Of a DNA stretch of 64,000 nucleotides, positions 18,401 through 27,999 are shown piece after piece; position 1 is the first letter of the stretch, and each line of letters opens with the position of its first letter. Under the pieces are notes generated by a model. The model was not told the DNA's origin. It saw only the letters and a list, made by a program, of their open reading frames with translations, and ran no database searches. Where the stretch lies: IMG/VR virus record IMGVR_UViG_3300043418_000114, positions 248,001 to 312,000 of that record; one strand, given 5' to 3'. Position numbers and translations under genes: made by a program.

Positions 18401-20225
18401 TATAGAATTGTCCGGTTGCGTTAATAAAACGCATTTTTTCATTTGACGACAAGAATCCACCAGTCGCAAATACGATATCATTTGTAGTACCAGTTGAGGC
18501 GGTGGCGATAACTAGATTGCCACCAAGTCCGGTACCTGTTACTGCCTTAGAGAAGATATAACCATCATTCTTGCCAGTGATTGTGTAGTTTGCATCACTG
18601 AAATTTGAACCAGTGAAGCCCATGTCCATCCAGCCAGCAACGTCATTGCCGTTATCACTGTATGCTGTGTAGTCACTAGAACCGGTATTCGCACTGTTCA
18701 CTAGACCAGCTTGAATATAGTCTGTGCCTGAAGATTTTGCTAATAGAACGGGGTTAGTGAATCCAGCCACCACGGATGGGTATCCAATCAACACTCGATT
18801 ATTTGCGATTACACTATCATTTGCAATTACATTAACTGTTGTAATTAAATTGCCAGTCGAGATGTTGCCGTTAACTTGTAAATTTGCAGTTACTAGTACG
18901 TTTGATGTTGAGATATTACCAGCACTCAAATTGCCTGTTGCAGTTATTGTGTTTGATAAAATGTTATTGGTAATGTTTAAATTATTGCCAGTAATGTTTG
19001 CGTTAGCGACTACATTGCCACCTGTGTTTATATTACCAGCACTCAAGTTACCAGTAGCGGCAATAGTACCTGCGGTGTTGATGTTCCCGCCAGTTAATTG
19101 ACCAGTTGCAATGATTGAAGTGGCACCTAAATTACCAACGTTCGCATTTGCAGAAACTGACAAATTACCAGCAGTATTCAAGTTGCCGCCAGAGATATTA
19201 CCAGTTGCAGTGATCAATCCAGCAGTGCCGATATTGGCGATGTTTGCATTGCCAGTTGCACTCAGTGTTCCATTGACTTGTAGACCTGTGCCACTAACGA
19301 TTGTTACGTTGATGTTACCTGCTACTGATGTGTTTACGTTGCCACTAGCTGTAGGAATATTTACGTTACTAGTGCCATTCGCTAGAGCACCAATTAAATT
19401 ACCAACTGTTGCGTTACCTACGACATTTAAATATCCAGAAGTATAGATACCTTCTGCGCCATCAGTAGTATCGATGCCTAAAATATTTGCTTTACCAGAC
19501 GACTGCCATGTAATAGCTGTTTGCGAGTTATCGTATAAATCCCAGCCAGTTGGATTTTCAATAGAACCCATGAAACCAGATTGAATGTAGAAAGCATAGT
19601 TGCCTAATCCTGAGCCAACTGCATTGCCCAATACACCAATATTATAACCACCAGAGTGTGTATCTGTTGCATAGCCACGTATACCCACTGCCGCACCCGT
19701 ATCACTACTTGATGTAACATTTGCTTGACCTTGAATACCCGTTGCACGAGTTGAACCCGATGTTTTAGATGTACCTGTAATACCTACGCCGGAGGTAGAT
19801 CCAGTATTTGCAGAAAACGTTCCAGCTACGTTAGCTCCAGTAGATGCAACTGTAAGGACGTTTGCAGTGCCAGCTACACTAACAGTAACATTACCACTTA
19901 CGCCTACGATATCTACGTTACTTGTTCCGTTAGCAATAGAAGAAACACTAATATCTCCAGCGTTCAATGTGCCAGTGACTGACAAGTTAGCCACAGTCAT
20001 TGTGTCATTAGTCTTGTCGTATACTAAACCAGCATCGCCGTTGATTGCGCCTTGATCATTGAACAACACCTGGGTATTACTACCTTGTACTGTAGGGAAT
20101 GTGGTTACGTTACCATCTGGTCCCTTTGTAGCCATTGTATTATTCTGATCGACGAATAGCGTTGTTTTACCTGCTGGAGGTGTTGCTATCGTATTTGCTG
20201 GTTCTTGTTTTAAAATTAAACTCAT
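15459..20225 (-). CDS. long fibre-like virion protein (1588 aa) with repeat modules and a C-terminal chaperone-like domain
   Basis: GN/T-rich beta repeats, AQPNITSxGTL repeats, a TKNYVD...QFSGAG module, an internal duplication and C-terminal YADLSEKY...VAVGRF. Confidence 0.75.
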   Translation of the reverse strand: MSLILKQEPANTIATPPAGKTTLFVDQNNTMATKGPDGNVTTFPTVQGSNTQVLFNDQGAINGDAGLVYDKTNDTMTVANLSVTGTLNAGDISVSSIANGTSNVDIVGVSGNVTVSVAGTANVLTVASTGANVAGTFSANTGSTSGVGITGTSKTSGSTRATGIQGQANVTSSSDTGAAVGIRGYATDTHSGGYNIGVLGNAVGSGLGNYAFYIQSGFMGSIENPTGWDLYDNSQTAITWQSSGKANILGIDTTDGAEGIYTSGYLNVVGNATVGNLIGALANGTSNVNIPTASGNVNTSVAGNINVTIVSGTGLQVNGTLSATGNANIANIGTAGLITATGNISGGNLNTAGNLSVSANANVGNLGATSIIATGQLTGGNINTAGTIAATGNLSAGNINTGGNVVANANITGNNLNITNNILSNTITATGNLSAGNISTSNVLVTANLQVNGNISTGNLITTVNVIANDSVIANNRVLIGYPSVVAGFTNPVLLAKSSGTDYIQAGLVNSANTGSSDYTAYSDNGNDVAGWMDMGFTGSNFSDANYTITGKNDGYIFSKAVTGTGLGGNLVIATASTGTTNDIVFATGGFLSSNEKMRFINATGQFYIETTTAATTSATGALRVGGGVGIGGNIIANGSLTANGNGVIGGVLYVGNGATTTALTSPTIVAENAGAQYIQGALLNQTATGSADWIAYSDNGNDISGWMDMGFTGSNFSDANYTITGKNDGYIFSKAVTGTGLGGNLVIATGSTGTTNDIVFATNGFLSNNEVMRFINASNQFYVKPTTVSTSTSTGALRVGGGVGIAGNIYSGGAISATGNITGGGYISVANGLISTSTYGGAFSDGLVADYSSGNARFSAGAADGFVFFNNGVGNVQIANIGTDGSIYSNANITANGTVKANALSSVSSNLTISAIGTNKSILLVPSGTGTVDVANARITTVAEPVASTDVATKNYVDTTAQGLSVKQSAVAGTTGTLASASGGTVTYNNGTGGVGATLTTTGSYTTIDGVNIASSGTRILVKDEANTVWNGIYTYTSGTVLTRSTDFDNSPGQEIAGAFVFIADGTVNDNTGWVCTDTNPVTVGTTPITFTQFSGAGTYTAGTGLTLTGTQFSISNTAVTAASYGSSTAIPTFTVNQQGQLTAANTAVVVAPAGTLSGSALNSTVVSSNLTAVGTLTSLSVSGNANVGNIGTAGQYVSSIATGTAPFVVTSTTQVANLNVATAGVAGTVTSAAQPNITSLGTLSSLSVSGNANIGNIGTAAVIASTVSATGNGTFGNVVTGGVVSATGNITGGNVTGTLLTGTITTSAQPNITSLGTLSGLSVTTTITGSVSGTAATVTTAAQPNITSVGTLSSLSVTGNVNAGNVISTFYGPATGLTGIPGANVTGTLSVPTSSYAATVSTAAQPNITSVGTLTSLTVSGTTTVSGNAALTTTNLTSGANVTAGYLTGNWTLTAGSKWNATYADLSEKYVADANYEPGTVLVFGGEHEVTLSTEADSFRVAGVVTTDAAYTMNSALEAEYVADIALQGRVPCKVLGPVYKGDLLVAAGNGHAIANNMARAGTIIGKSLENFKDASGVIEVAVGRF
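17800..18720 (-). repeat. intragenic tandem duplication, period 525 nt (175 codons)
   Basis: AYSDNGND..GWMDMGFTGSNFSDANYTITGKNDGYIFSKAVTGTGLGGNLVIAT occurs twice. TTAGAGAAGATATAACCATCATTCTT is found at 18022 and 18547. Confidence 0.92.
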
Positions 20226-20333
20226 TTTTCTTCCTTGCGTATGCGGTGTTGTGCTATTATATTATTTATCATTTCCACAACTTGACTGTATCCATTTATT
20301 GTTGGACCCGTCGTTATTCCTTTACTACAGTGT

Positions 20334-20702
20334 TTATTTTTCACCCATGTCTACCCAATTATTTGTATAATCGTCCCAACAATATAGGTTACCATCATCG
20401 GGATATGGTATAGGCGGTTGCCAAGTATATGTTTCGTTGTTCAACACCCAACTTGTATAAGGACGTGGTTCTAAAAATGCATCTCTCAACTGGTTATATA
20501 AAAATCCAACTCCTGCCATAGTTTTACGAAAACTACCATTGTATGATGTTTGTTTCCATGTAGTATCATTTCCATAAAGTGATTTACAAAACTCTATTCC
20601 TTTTTCTTCTGATTCACTGCCGTTGTCTAGCAGTTCATTATTGTGTACCACAATAACTTTTATCACTATATTGTTTTCGTTAAGTTGTGCAAAATGTGCC
20701 AT
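20334..20702 (-). CDS. small phage tail-associated protein (MAHFA family)
   Basis: MAHFAQLNENNIV...WKQTSYN...F..P.PY.SW....W.PP.P.P..G..Y.WD, a pattern commonly found beside Gly-rich fibre genes. Confidence 0.7.
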   Translation of the reverse strand: MAHFAQLNENNIVIKVIVVHNNELLDNGSESEEKGIEFCKSLYGNDTTWKQTSYNGSFRKTMAGVGFLYNQLRDAFLEPRPYTSWVLNNETYTWQPPIPYPDDGNLYCWDDYTNNWVDMGEK

Positions 20703-20731
20703 ATGTTATCCTTTAAAATATATAAAATATT

Positions 20732-22213
20732 TTAGAAAGTTATACTCCCTGAGCCGGTGAACGTATAAAATTTATATAAACCCGAGGTAGTAACTGTTGG
20801 AGAGCCGGTAGTCGATACGGCTGTAACTCCACTACTCACTCGTATGATTACAACACCTGACCCACCGGCAAGACCATTTGTGACGCCGCTATATCCGCCA
20901 CCACCGCCACCACCGCCAGTATTAGTTGTACCTGTTGTATAAGTCGTGCCCGATCCTGCTCCTTGTCCACCGCCGCCATATCCACCAGCACCGCCGGTAG
21001 AAGTATTGCGTTCAGTGCCAGCTCCACCACCACCTGCCAAATAATATGTAGTTGACACTAGTTGGCCCACAGTCGATCCTGAAAATGGATTTGCTACACC
21101 AACGCCTCCGTACCCGGCTGAGGTTTGACTATTAGCTGGTGTTTGTCCTGCTCCGCCTGCACCACCGCCGCCGCCACCGTTCTGAGAAGCATTGCCGCCG
21201 CTTGGGTTACCTGTTCCGCCGTCATATCCTTGTCGTGGTGCATCTACATAGCTTGATCCAGGATAAACACCCTTTCCGCCTACGCCACCTGAGATTGGGT
21301 TACTAGAAGCGCCGCCACCTGAACCGCCACCTGCTCCACCTTGATATACACCGTTATATCCGCCGCCGCCACCGCCGCCATATGCAGTAACCGTAGTCAA
21401 ACCTGTTCCCGATATGACAGAATTACTGCCAGTGCCAGACTGTGGAGAGCTGGTCGCTGTGCCGCCTGCACCAACAGTAATTGTGTAAGTTACCCCAGGA
21501 GTCATTGTGACGCTAGTAGCAGTTAAATAACCGCCAGCGCCACCGCCACCTGTGCCATAATTACCATATCCACCGCCTCCGCCACCTGCAACTACAACAT
21601 AATCTACAAGAACAACGCTAATAACATTTATACTAAATGCCCTCGCCACGCTTTGATTATAATTGTTAGTAGCAGTTATAGTAAAATTGTATGTTGTTTG
21701 TGTAGTTGGTGTTCCTGTAATTGCCCCTGTACTAGAATTTAGACTTAATCCTGTTGGCAAGGAACCTGATGTAACACTATAAGTTATACCTGTGCCGGTA
21801 GCACTAACCGATTGTGAATATGAGTAACCTACAGTTCCCGCAGGTAACGCTCCGGCGGCAGTTACCCAAACCGGTGGAGTGTTAAATAATATCCCTGCTG
21901 GCTTTGTAGCATTTGTACCATCTGTATTATAAAATAATAGATTGTATGTTCCAATGCTGGTTGCAGGGGTTGTAAATGTTAAACTTGTGCTATTGCCATA
22001 TGTTGTAGTACATGCAGTAGAATTGATGTATACTGTGATACCAGAGTTAAATCCAGTACCCGTGACTGTTATTGTTTGACTACCAGCCGGATCTGCCGCG
22101 GTAGCACTATTTGGATATGTTACTGCTGTTACCGCAACAGTCGGTGCTACGCCACTAGCAGTTAATACTGGCCCAAGTGCTGTTGATTGTAGTGTGGTTA
22201 AACTTTGCGCCAT
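20732..22213 (-). CDS. virion protein with IPT/TIG-like, Ig-like and glycine-rich domains
   Basis: ITVTGTGF (IPT-like), GSLPTGLSLNSSTGAITGTPT (putative Ig repeat) and VVAGGGGGG...GGSGVVIIR (Gly-rich domain). Confidence 0.75.
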   Translation of the reverse strand: MAQSLTTLQSTALGPVLTASGVAPTVAVTAVTYPNSATAADPAGSQTITVTGTGFNSGITVYINSTACTTTYGNSTSLTFTTPATSIGTYNLLFYNTDGTNATKPAGILFNTPPVWVTAAGALPAGTVGYSYSQSVSATGTGITYSVTSGSLPTGLSLNSSTGAITGTPTTQTTYNFTITATNNYNQSVARAFSINVISVVLVDYVVVAGGGGGGYGNYGTGGGGAGGYLTATSVTMTPGVTYTITVGAGGTATSSPQSGTGSNSVISGTGLTTVTAYGGGGGGGYNGVYQGGAGGGSGGGASSNPISGGVGGKGVYPGSSYVDAPRQGYDGGTGNPSGGNASQNGGGGGGAGGAGQTPANSQTSAGYGGVGVANPFSGSTVGQLVSTTYYLAGGGGAGTERNTSTGGAGGYGGGGQGAGSGTTYTTGTTNTGGGGGGGGYSGVTNGLAGGSGVVIIRVSSGVTAVSTTGSPTVTTSGLYKFYTFTGSGSITF

Positions 22214-23511
22214 TATATCTCCAATAATTTCCAGCCGTATGTGCTATTGCTGTATACTAATCCAAAACTACTTTGGTTTACCGTTACTAATAAATCTTGA
22301 GCAACTCCTTGAATGTTGCCACCGTTCCTGGCCACCGTTAAATTATTTGTGCCAAATGTTCCTGCTAGGTCATTAATACGAACAGTATCACCTAGAGTAG
22401 CAGTAGAAGGAAGTGTTAGTGTTTTTGCGCCGGCTGTAGTGTCAACAAAATATCCGTTGTTCTTAGTCATTGTGACGTTACTACTTACTATGCTCCATGT
22501 CATCGCACCTGATGCGGGCGCGGCAAATGAACCGTTGCCATACAATACATTACTTGAGCTACCATCTAAGTTTACAGTAGCAATATTGCCTAGACCAGAA
22601 ACATTTGATGTGCTTACTGAAATTGCGGCGAATGAACCGTTGCCATACAGTACATTGCTTGTACTACCGGTTAAGTTGACAGTAGCAATATTACCTATAC
22701 CAGATACGTTTGCTACAGCAACACTATTAGCTGTAGTTGCATAACTGACTGCACCCGATACATTAGCACCTTGGATGTTAGATAGTCCATTGCCGTTACC
22801 AGCCAAGAAAGGTGCAGTAAAGATACCGGTTGTTTTATTAAAAGTGAACCCACTATTACCGCCAAAGCCACCTGCATCATTGAATTGAACTTGTGTGTTA
22901 GAACCGCTAGGTGTTCCGCCACCACCACTGCCAGTAGTCCATGATAAATTGCCAGTGCCATCAGTTTGAAGATATTGACCTGACGTACCGCCGGTTATTT
23001 TTACGTTACTGACTGAACCAAGATTAGCAGTGCCTGACAATGACAATGCTACAGTGGATAATGTGCCTGTAACTTTATTGAATGTTAGATTAGCATTGCC
23101 AGTTGTTGTGCCATAGTCATTAAAAATGATTTGACTATTCGAACTACCGACGATACCATCGACTTGTACTAGGACACCATCGACAGTTAAACTACCATCT
23201 ACTACAATTGGTACGCTATAGATACCTTGATAGTTTGCGCTGATGCTTAAGTCGGTGCCTACAGGCACGTAAGTTGGCATTGGCGCGGGTGTTGTTGTAC
23301 TAGCTGGTGATACAAATGAGAGAGTACCGTTTCCGTCTGTTGACAAAAAGTAGCCACGTGAGCCACCTGTCATGCTTACATTACCGACTGCACCTAGATT
23401 AGAATTTCCTGTGACAGATAAATTTGTTCCAGATATATTTCCACTAGTTGCGTCTAGCGAAATATTGCCTGTAGAAAGGCCGTTCTTTACGTTGAAGTAT
23501 TTTACTGTCAC
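22213..23511 (-). CDS. fibre-like virion structural protein
   Basis: N-terminal FNVKNGL, GSNTQVQFN motif, C-terminal VDTTAGAKTLTLP...GD.VRINDLAG domain. Confidence 0.7.
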   Translation of the reverse strand: MTVKYFNVKNGLSTGNISLDATSGNISGTNLSVTGNSNLGAVGNVSMTGGSRGYFLSTDGNGTLSFVSPASTTTPAPMPTYVPVGTDLSISANYQGIYSVPIVVDGSLTVDGVLVQVDGIVGSSNSQIIFNDYGTTTGNANLTFNKVTGTLSTVALSLSGTANLGSVSNVKITGGTSGQYLQTDGTGNLSWTTGSGGGGTPSGSNTQVQFNDAGGFGGNSGFTFNKTTGIFTAPFLAGNGNGLSNIQGANVSGAVSYATTANSVAVANVSGIGNIATVNLTGSTSNVLYGNGSFAAISVSTSNVSGLGNIATVNLDGSSSNVLYGNGSFAAPASGAMTWSIVSSNVTMTKNNGYFVDTTAGAKTLTLPSTATLGDTVRINDLAGTFGTNNLTVARNGGNIQGVAQDLLVTVNQSSFGLVYSNSTYGWKLLEI

Positions 23512-23561
23512 AGTTCCATATTCCCTGTTGAGTAAAACTAATGAGGATTAATTCAGTAGTT

Positions 23562-26399
23562 TTACGTTTTGATATATCCCGCCACTACGTTAACTTTACA
23601 GTTAGCACTTGCTGATGTTGCATACAACGTCACGTTGCCCGAGACACCATTTACGTTTGCTGTAATATCAACAATATCGGCGGACACGTTAGAACACACA
23701 GAACCATAAATTGTGATGTATGCGCTAGTACCGTCATGAACCAATAGAGTTTCAACGGATTGATATCCGTTGTCTCCTGATGCACTAATAACATATTTAG
23801 CCGTTCTAAATGTTGCTGGTGCAAATTGGTCAATCACTGAGTTTGTGGTAACAGTGACGTTAGCACGTGAAGTGGTAATACCAGAAGATACTAGATTACC
23901 AGCAGTTACGTTACCTGATACACTCAAGTTGCCAGCAGTTACGTTGCCAGTTGCACTTACAAGACCACCAGTGATCAAGTTTGCGCCAGTGATGTTACCT
24001 GTAGCAGTAACTACAGCAGTGCCGATGTTACCAATGTTTGCGTTGCCAGATACAGACAATGAAGTTAGTGTGCCTAGCGATGTGACGTTCGGCTGAGAAG
24101 CAGTGGTTAATGTACCAGTGACTAATGTACCACTAATGTTGCCGCCAGTAATATTACCTGTGGCAGTGATTAGACCAGCTGTGCCGATATTGCCTACGTT
24201 GGCGTTACCTGACACAGATAATGATGTTAGAGTACCTAGCGATGTTACGTTTGGCTGAGCCGCTGTTGTTAGGTTACCAGCTACTGTAGTGAACACACCA
24301 CCAGTTGCGCCGATATTACCTACGTTTGCATTGCCAGTGGCACTGATTACACCACTAGTTACTAAGTTACCGCCAGTGATGTTGGCACTTGAGTTGATTG
24401 TTCCTGTCGCACTTATCGTGCCTGCAACGTTCATGCCTGTACCAGTAACTACAACTACGTTAGCGTTACCTGCACTAGAGATATTAACGTTAGCGTTAGA
24501 TACAACACTTACATTACTATTGCCGTTTGTGATGCTTGATGTACTGATAGTTGCCCAAGATAATGAACCTGAACCGTTTGTCTGTAGATATTGACCTGAA
24601 CTTCCGCCAGTGATTGTAACGTTACCGACTGCACCTAAGTTGCTTGTGCCAGTTACACTTAGTGTCCCACCGTTTACTGCACCAGTCGTTACTAAGTTAG
24701 CACCAGTTATGTTGCCAGATGCAGTAATAATACCCGTACCGATGTTACCTACGTTAGCGTTGCCAGTTGCACTCAAGGTTGTTGAGAATACGCCAGTAGC
24801 GCCTAAGTTACCCACGTTACTGTTACCAGTACCTGATAGATTACCAGCAAACAACGTAGCTGTAACGTTACCGCCAGTGATGTTACCAGTTGCACTGATG
24901 ATTCCAGCAGTGCCGATGTTACCAATATTGGCATTGCCAGATACACTTAGACTTGTTAGTGTGCCAACTGAGGTTACAGTTGGTTGTGCAGTGTTAATAC
25001 TGAAAGTGGTACCAGTTAATGTCAAACCTGTGCCGGCGGCGTATGATCCAGCACCAGAGAACTGGCTAAAGGTAATATTTGTTGTGCCGACGACAACTGG
25101 TGCGTTTGTAGTACATACCCAACCAGTATCCGCTTGAGTAGAACCATCTTCGACAAAGGTGAATGCTGATGGGATTTCAGAAGCAGTATCAAAATCAGTT
25201 GAACGAGTCAATACGAATGGTGCACCAGCAGAACCAGTGTTTGTTACTACATAGATACCGTTGTATGGAGCATTTGTGCTTGTTTCGTTCTTAACTAGAA
25301 TACGGTCATTAGTCGCCACAGTTACGCCATCGATTGTTAGAGCACCGTTTGCGTTAGCTGTGATAGTGGCACCGACACCACTTGTGCCGTTGTTGTATGT
25401 ATATGCCGCTAATGCTCCCGTAGTTGCAACACGGACCGATGCTTTTGGATCTAGACCAGTTGCAACTGAGTCAACGTAGTTCTTAGTAGCGGCATCTTGT
25501 GCGCCAACTGGATCAGCAACACTAGTGATGTTCTTGCTGTTCATGTTTAGGTTGCCACCAATAGACGCTACACCAGTAGCTGTCAATGTAGAAGCACCTA
25601 AGTTACCTACGTTAGCGTTGCCTGAAACTGATACAGTCGTCAGTGTACCTACGCTAGTAATGTTGGGCTGTGCGGCTGTAGTTAATGAGCCAGCAACAGT
25701 AGTGAACACGCCTCCTGTGGCACCAATGTTGCCAACGTTTGCATTGCCAGTGGCACTGATTACGCCGCCGGTTACTAAGTTTCCACCAATGACGTTACCA
25801 GTAGCTGTAATTAGACCAGCAGTGCCTATGTTACCAATGTTAGCGTTACCTGTTGCTGATATGACACCGCCAGTTACTAAATTACCACCAGTGATATTAC
25901 CAATGGCAGTGATTAGGCCGCCAGTGCCAATGTTACCTACGTTAGCATTTGCACTCGCAGATAGTGTTGTTGCAAATACACCAGTTGTGCCTAGATTGCC
26001 TACGTTAGCATTACCGGTAGCAGAGACTACACCGCCAGTGATAATGTTGCCTGCATTTAAGTTACCCGTGGCAGTAATCAAACCACTTGTGCCAATATTA
26101 CCGATGTTTGCATTACCTGACACAGAAACTGTTGTTAGTGTACCTACTGATGTAATGTTTGGTTGAGCGTTTGTTGTTACAGTACCGGCTGTTGTTGCGA
26201 ATGATGCATTGGCAATGGCACCGGTAATGTTTGCCGCTTGAATGTTACTTAACAGGTTACCAGAACCTGAGAAGAAGTTGGCAACAACTAAGTTACCTAA
26301 GTTAGCGTTACCTACGCCCGTAATATTACCAGATGCCGCATCTAGTACTATATTGCCTGTTGTAATACCATTCTTTACAACGAAATTTCTTGTAGTCAT
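23562..26399 (-). CDS. fibre-like virion structural protein (945 aa)
   Basis: FVVKNG N-terminus, GNANxGNxG repeats, TKNYVD module, C-terminal RTAKYVI...YQSVETLLVHDG domain. Confidence 0.72.
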   Translation of the reverse strand: MTTRNFVVKNGITTGNIVLDAASGNITGVGNANLGNLVVANFFSGSGNLLSNIQAANITGAIANASFATTAGTVTTNAQPNITSVGTLTTVSVSGNANIGNIGTSGLITATGNLNAGNIITGGVVSATGNANVGNLGTTGVFATTLSASANANVGNIGTGGLITAIGNITGGNLVTGGVISATGNANIGNIGTAGLITATGNVIGGNLVTGGVISATGNANVGNIGATGGVFTTVAGSLTTAAQPNITSVGTLTTVSVSGNANVGNLGASTLTATGVASIGGNLNMNSKNITSVADPVGAQDAATKNYVDSVATGLDPKASVRVATTGALAAYTYNNGTSGVGATITANANGALTIDGVTVATNDRILVKNETSTNAPYNGIYVVTNTGSAGAPFVLTRSTDFDTASEIPSAFTFVEDGSTQADTGWVCTTNAPVVVGTTNITFSQFSGAGSYAAGTGLTLTGTTFSINTAQPTVTSVGTLTSLSVSGNANIGNIGTAGIISATGNITGGNVTATLFAGNLSGTGNSNVGNLGATGVFSTTLSATGNANVGNIGTGIITASGNITGANLVTTGAVNGGTLSVTGTSNLGAVGNVTITGGSSGQYLQTNGSGSLSWATISTSSITNGNSNVSVVSNANVNISSAGNANVVVVTGTGMNVAGTISATGTINSSANITGGNLVTSGVISATGNANVGNIGATGGVFTTVAGNLTTAAQPNVTSLGTLTSLSVSGNANVGNIGTAGLITATGNITGGNISGTLVTGTLTTASQPNVTSLGTLTSLSVSGNANIGNIGTAVVTATGNITGANLITGGLVSATGNVTAGNLSVSGNVTAGNLVSSGITTSRANVTVTTNSVIDQFAPATFRTAKYVISASGDNGYQSVETLLVHDGTSAYITIYGSVCSNVSADIVDITANVNGVSGNVTLYATSASANCKVNVVAGYIKT

Positions 26400-26411
26400 T
26401 TTTTATCCTTG

Positions 26412-27998
26412 TTAATCCGGAACGTAAGTGCCCATTAAGTTTACTGTCGTGTTTGCACCGACGGCAGTAGCTAGAAGTTGAACATTTCCAGAAACTATCG
26501 TTGAAGCCAACGTTATTAAATCCACGCCTGCAGTAGAAAGACTACCATAGACTGTTATAATACTATTTATGCCATCATGAACCAAAAGCACTTCCAGTGC
26601 TTGATAGCCCAGATCGCTACCTGCTTTTATCGTATATTTTACCGATCTATACGAACTTGCGTTGAATGAGTCAACAATCGTGCCTGAGGTCACTATCACA
26701 GGTGCACGTTTGCTATATAAATCATTTGCCTTTAAATTGTTTGTATCTACCGTGCCAGTAACCGTTGCATTACTAGTAATCAAGTTATTCTGAATTGACA
26801 CTTGACCAGATGTTGATCCCAACGTTACGTTAGCGGCTAGACCTATGTTAATATCAGTAATTGTTGCGTTGAAAATACCTGCCATGGTACCGCTTGTAGA
26901 TATTGAGCCAGGCCCAACTGTTACTGTACTATTTGCAACTAGATTTGCGGCAGTGATTGTGCTGTTTGCTAATATATTGGCGGTTGTTATAGTATTGGTA
27001 GATGTAATATTACCCGTTACTGCTAATACATTAGTTGATGGCGCAAACGTAAAGTTAGTCGAACCTCCAAAACTGCCATTATCGTTATACTGTACGCTAT
27101 TCGTTGATCCACCTGGAGTTGAGAAATCAAATGGCTGTCCATTGGCATAATATAGATTGTCTGTTTTTAATCCAGTAGTCGAGATATTACCGAAAACATT
27201 TAACGTGCCGTATATGTTCGCTTCGTCTTGACCGACCACCAATATATTGGCTGTATCCACTATCATGTGGATAGTGTTATCCCAAACTTCAATCTGTGCA
27301 TTAGTATTAGAGACACTAGACTGATTCGTTATCGCATTGCCTGCTACTGAGAACTGTCCACCTTGGCCATTGGTAATAGTAAGATTACCATTGGCATCAT
27401 TGGAGATGACGCCATCACCCAAGTAAATAGTTGAATTAGCTAACCAGATATCTTTCCAACGATTTGTACTTGTACCTAAGTTATATGTTATATTGCCGTT
27501 TGGCAAAATATTACCGGTAACATTCAAGTTACCTGGTAACGCTAGATTTGAACTTGAATTGTCAAACGTGAAACCAGTGTGACCTGTATAGTCGCCGCCA
27601 CTTTCAAAAATTACTTGACTATTTCCTGCGCCTACATTTGATAATTCAATCAAAACACCATCTACTTCGAACGAGCCATCAATCTCTATTGGCTTGCTGA
27701 ATAGACCTTGAAAGTTTGCAGGTACAGTGAATTGTTCACCGACTGGAATATAGTAGGGCATTGGCGCCGCTGAATTTCCGGTACTACCTGTGCCCCATGA
27801 TAAGACACCATTACCATCCGTCGTCAATACGCTGTTAGCATTGCCACCAAGAATGGTAATGTTGCTAACAGGGCCTAAGTTCGATAAACCATTTACGTTG
27901 AGATTAGCCGCTGTAACGTCACCGTTAGCGGATATAACCTCGATAAATGATTCACCTACTGATAAACCACCGACGGTATTTAACGCTTTTAGTGCCAT
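26412..27998 (-). CDS. fibre-like virion structural protein
   Basis: LNTVGGLSVG N-terminus, LGTSTNRWKDIW, C-terminal YRSVKYTI...YQALEVLLVHDG domain shared with its neighbour. Confidence 0.72.
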   Translation of the reverse strand: MALKALNTVGGLSVGESFIEVISANGDVTAANLNVNGLSNLGPVSNITILGGNANSVLTTDGNGVLSWGTGSTGNSAAPMPYYIPVGEQFTVPANFQGLFSKPIEIDGSFEVDGVLIELSNVGAGNSQVIFESGGDYTGHTGFTFDNSSSNLALPGNLNVTGNILPNGNITYNLGTSTNRWKDIWLANSTIYLGDGVISNDANGNLTITNGQGGQFSVAGNAITNQSSVSNTNAQIEVWDNTIHMIVDTANILVVGQDEANIYGTLNVFGNISTTGLKTDNLYYANGQPFDFSTPGGSTNSVQYNDNGSFGGSTNFTFAPSTNVLAVTGNITSTNTITTANILANSTITAANLVANSTVTVGPGSISTSGTMAGIFNATITDINIGLAANVTLGSTSGQVSIQNNLITSNATVTGTVDTNNLKANDLYSKRAPVIVTSGTIVDSFNASSYRSVKYTIKAGSDLGYQALEVLLVHDGINSIITVYGSLSTAGVDLITLASTIVSGNVQLLATAVGANTTVNLMGTYVPD

Positions 27999-27999
27999 T

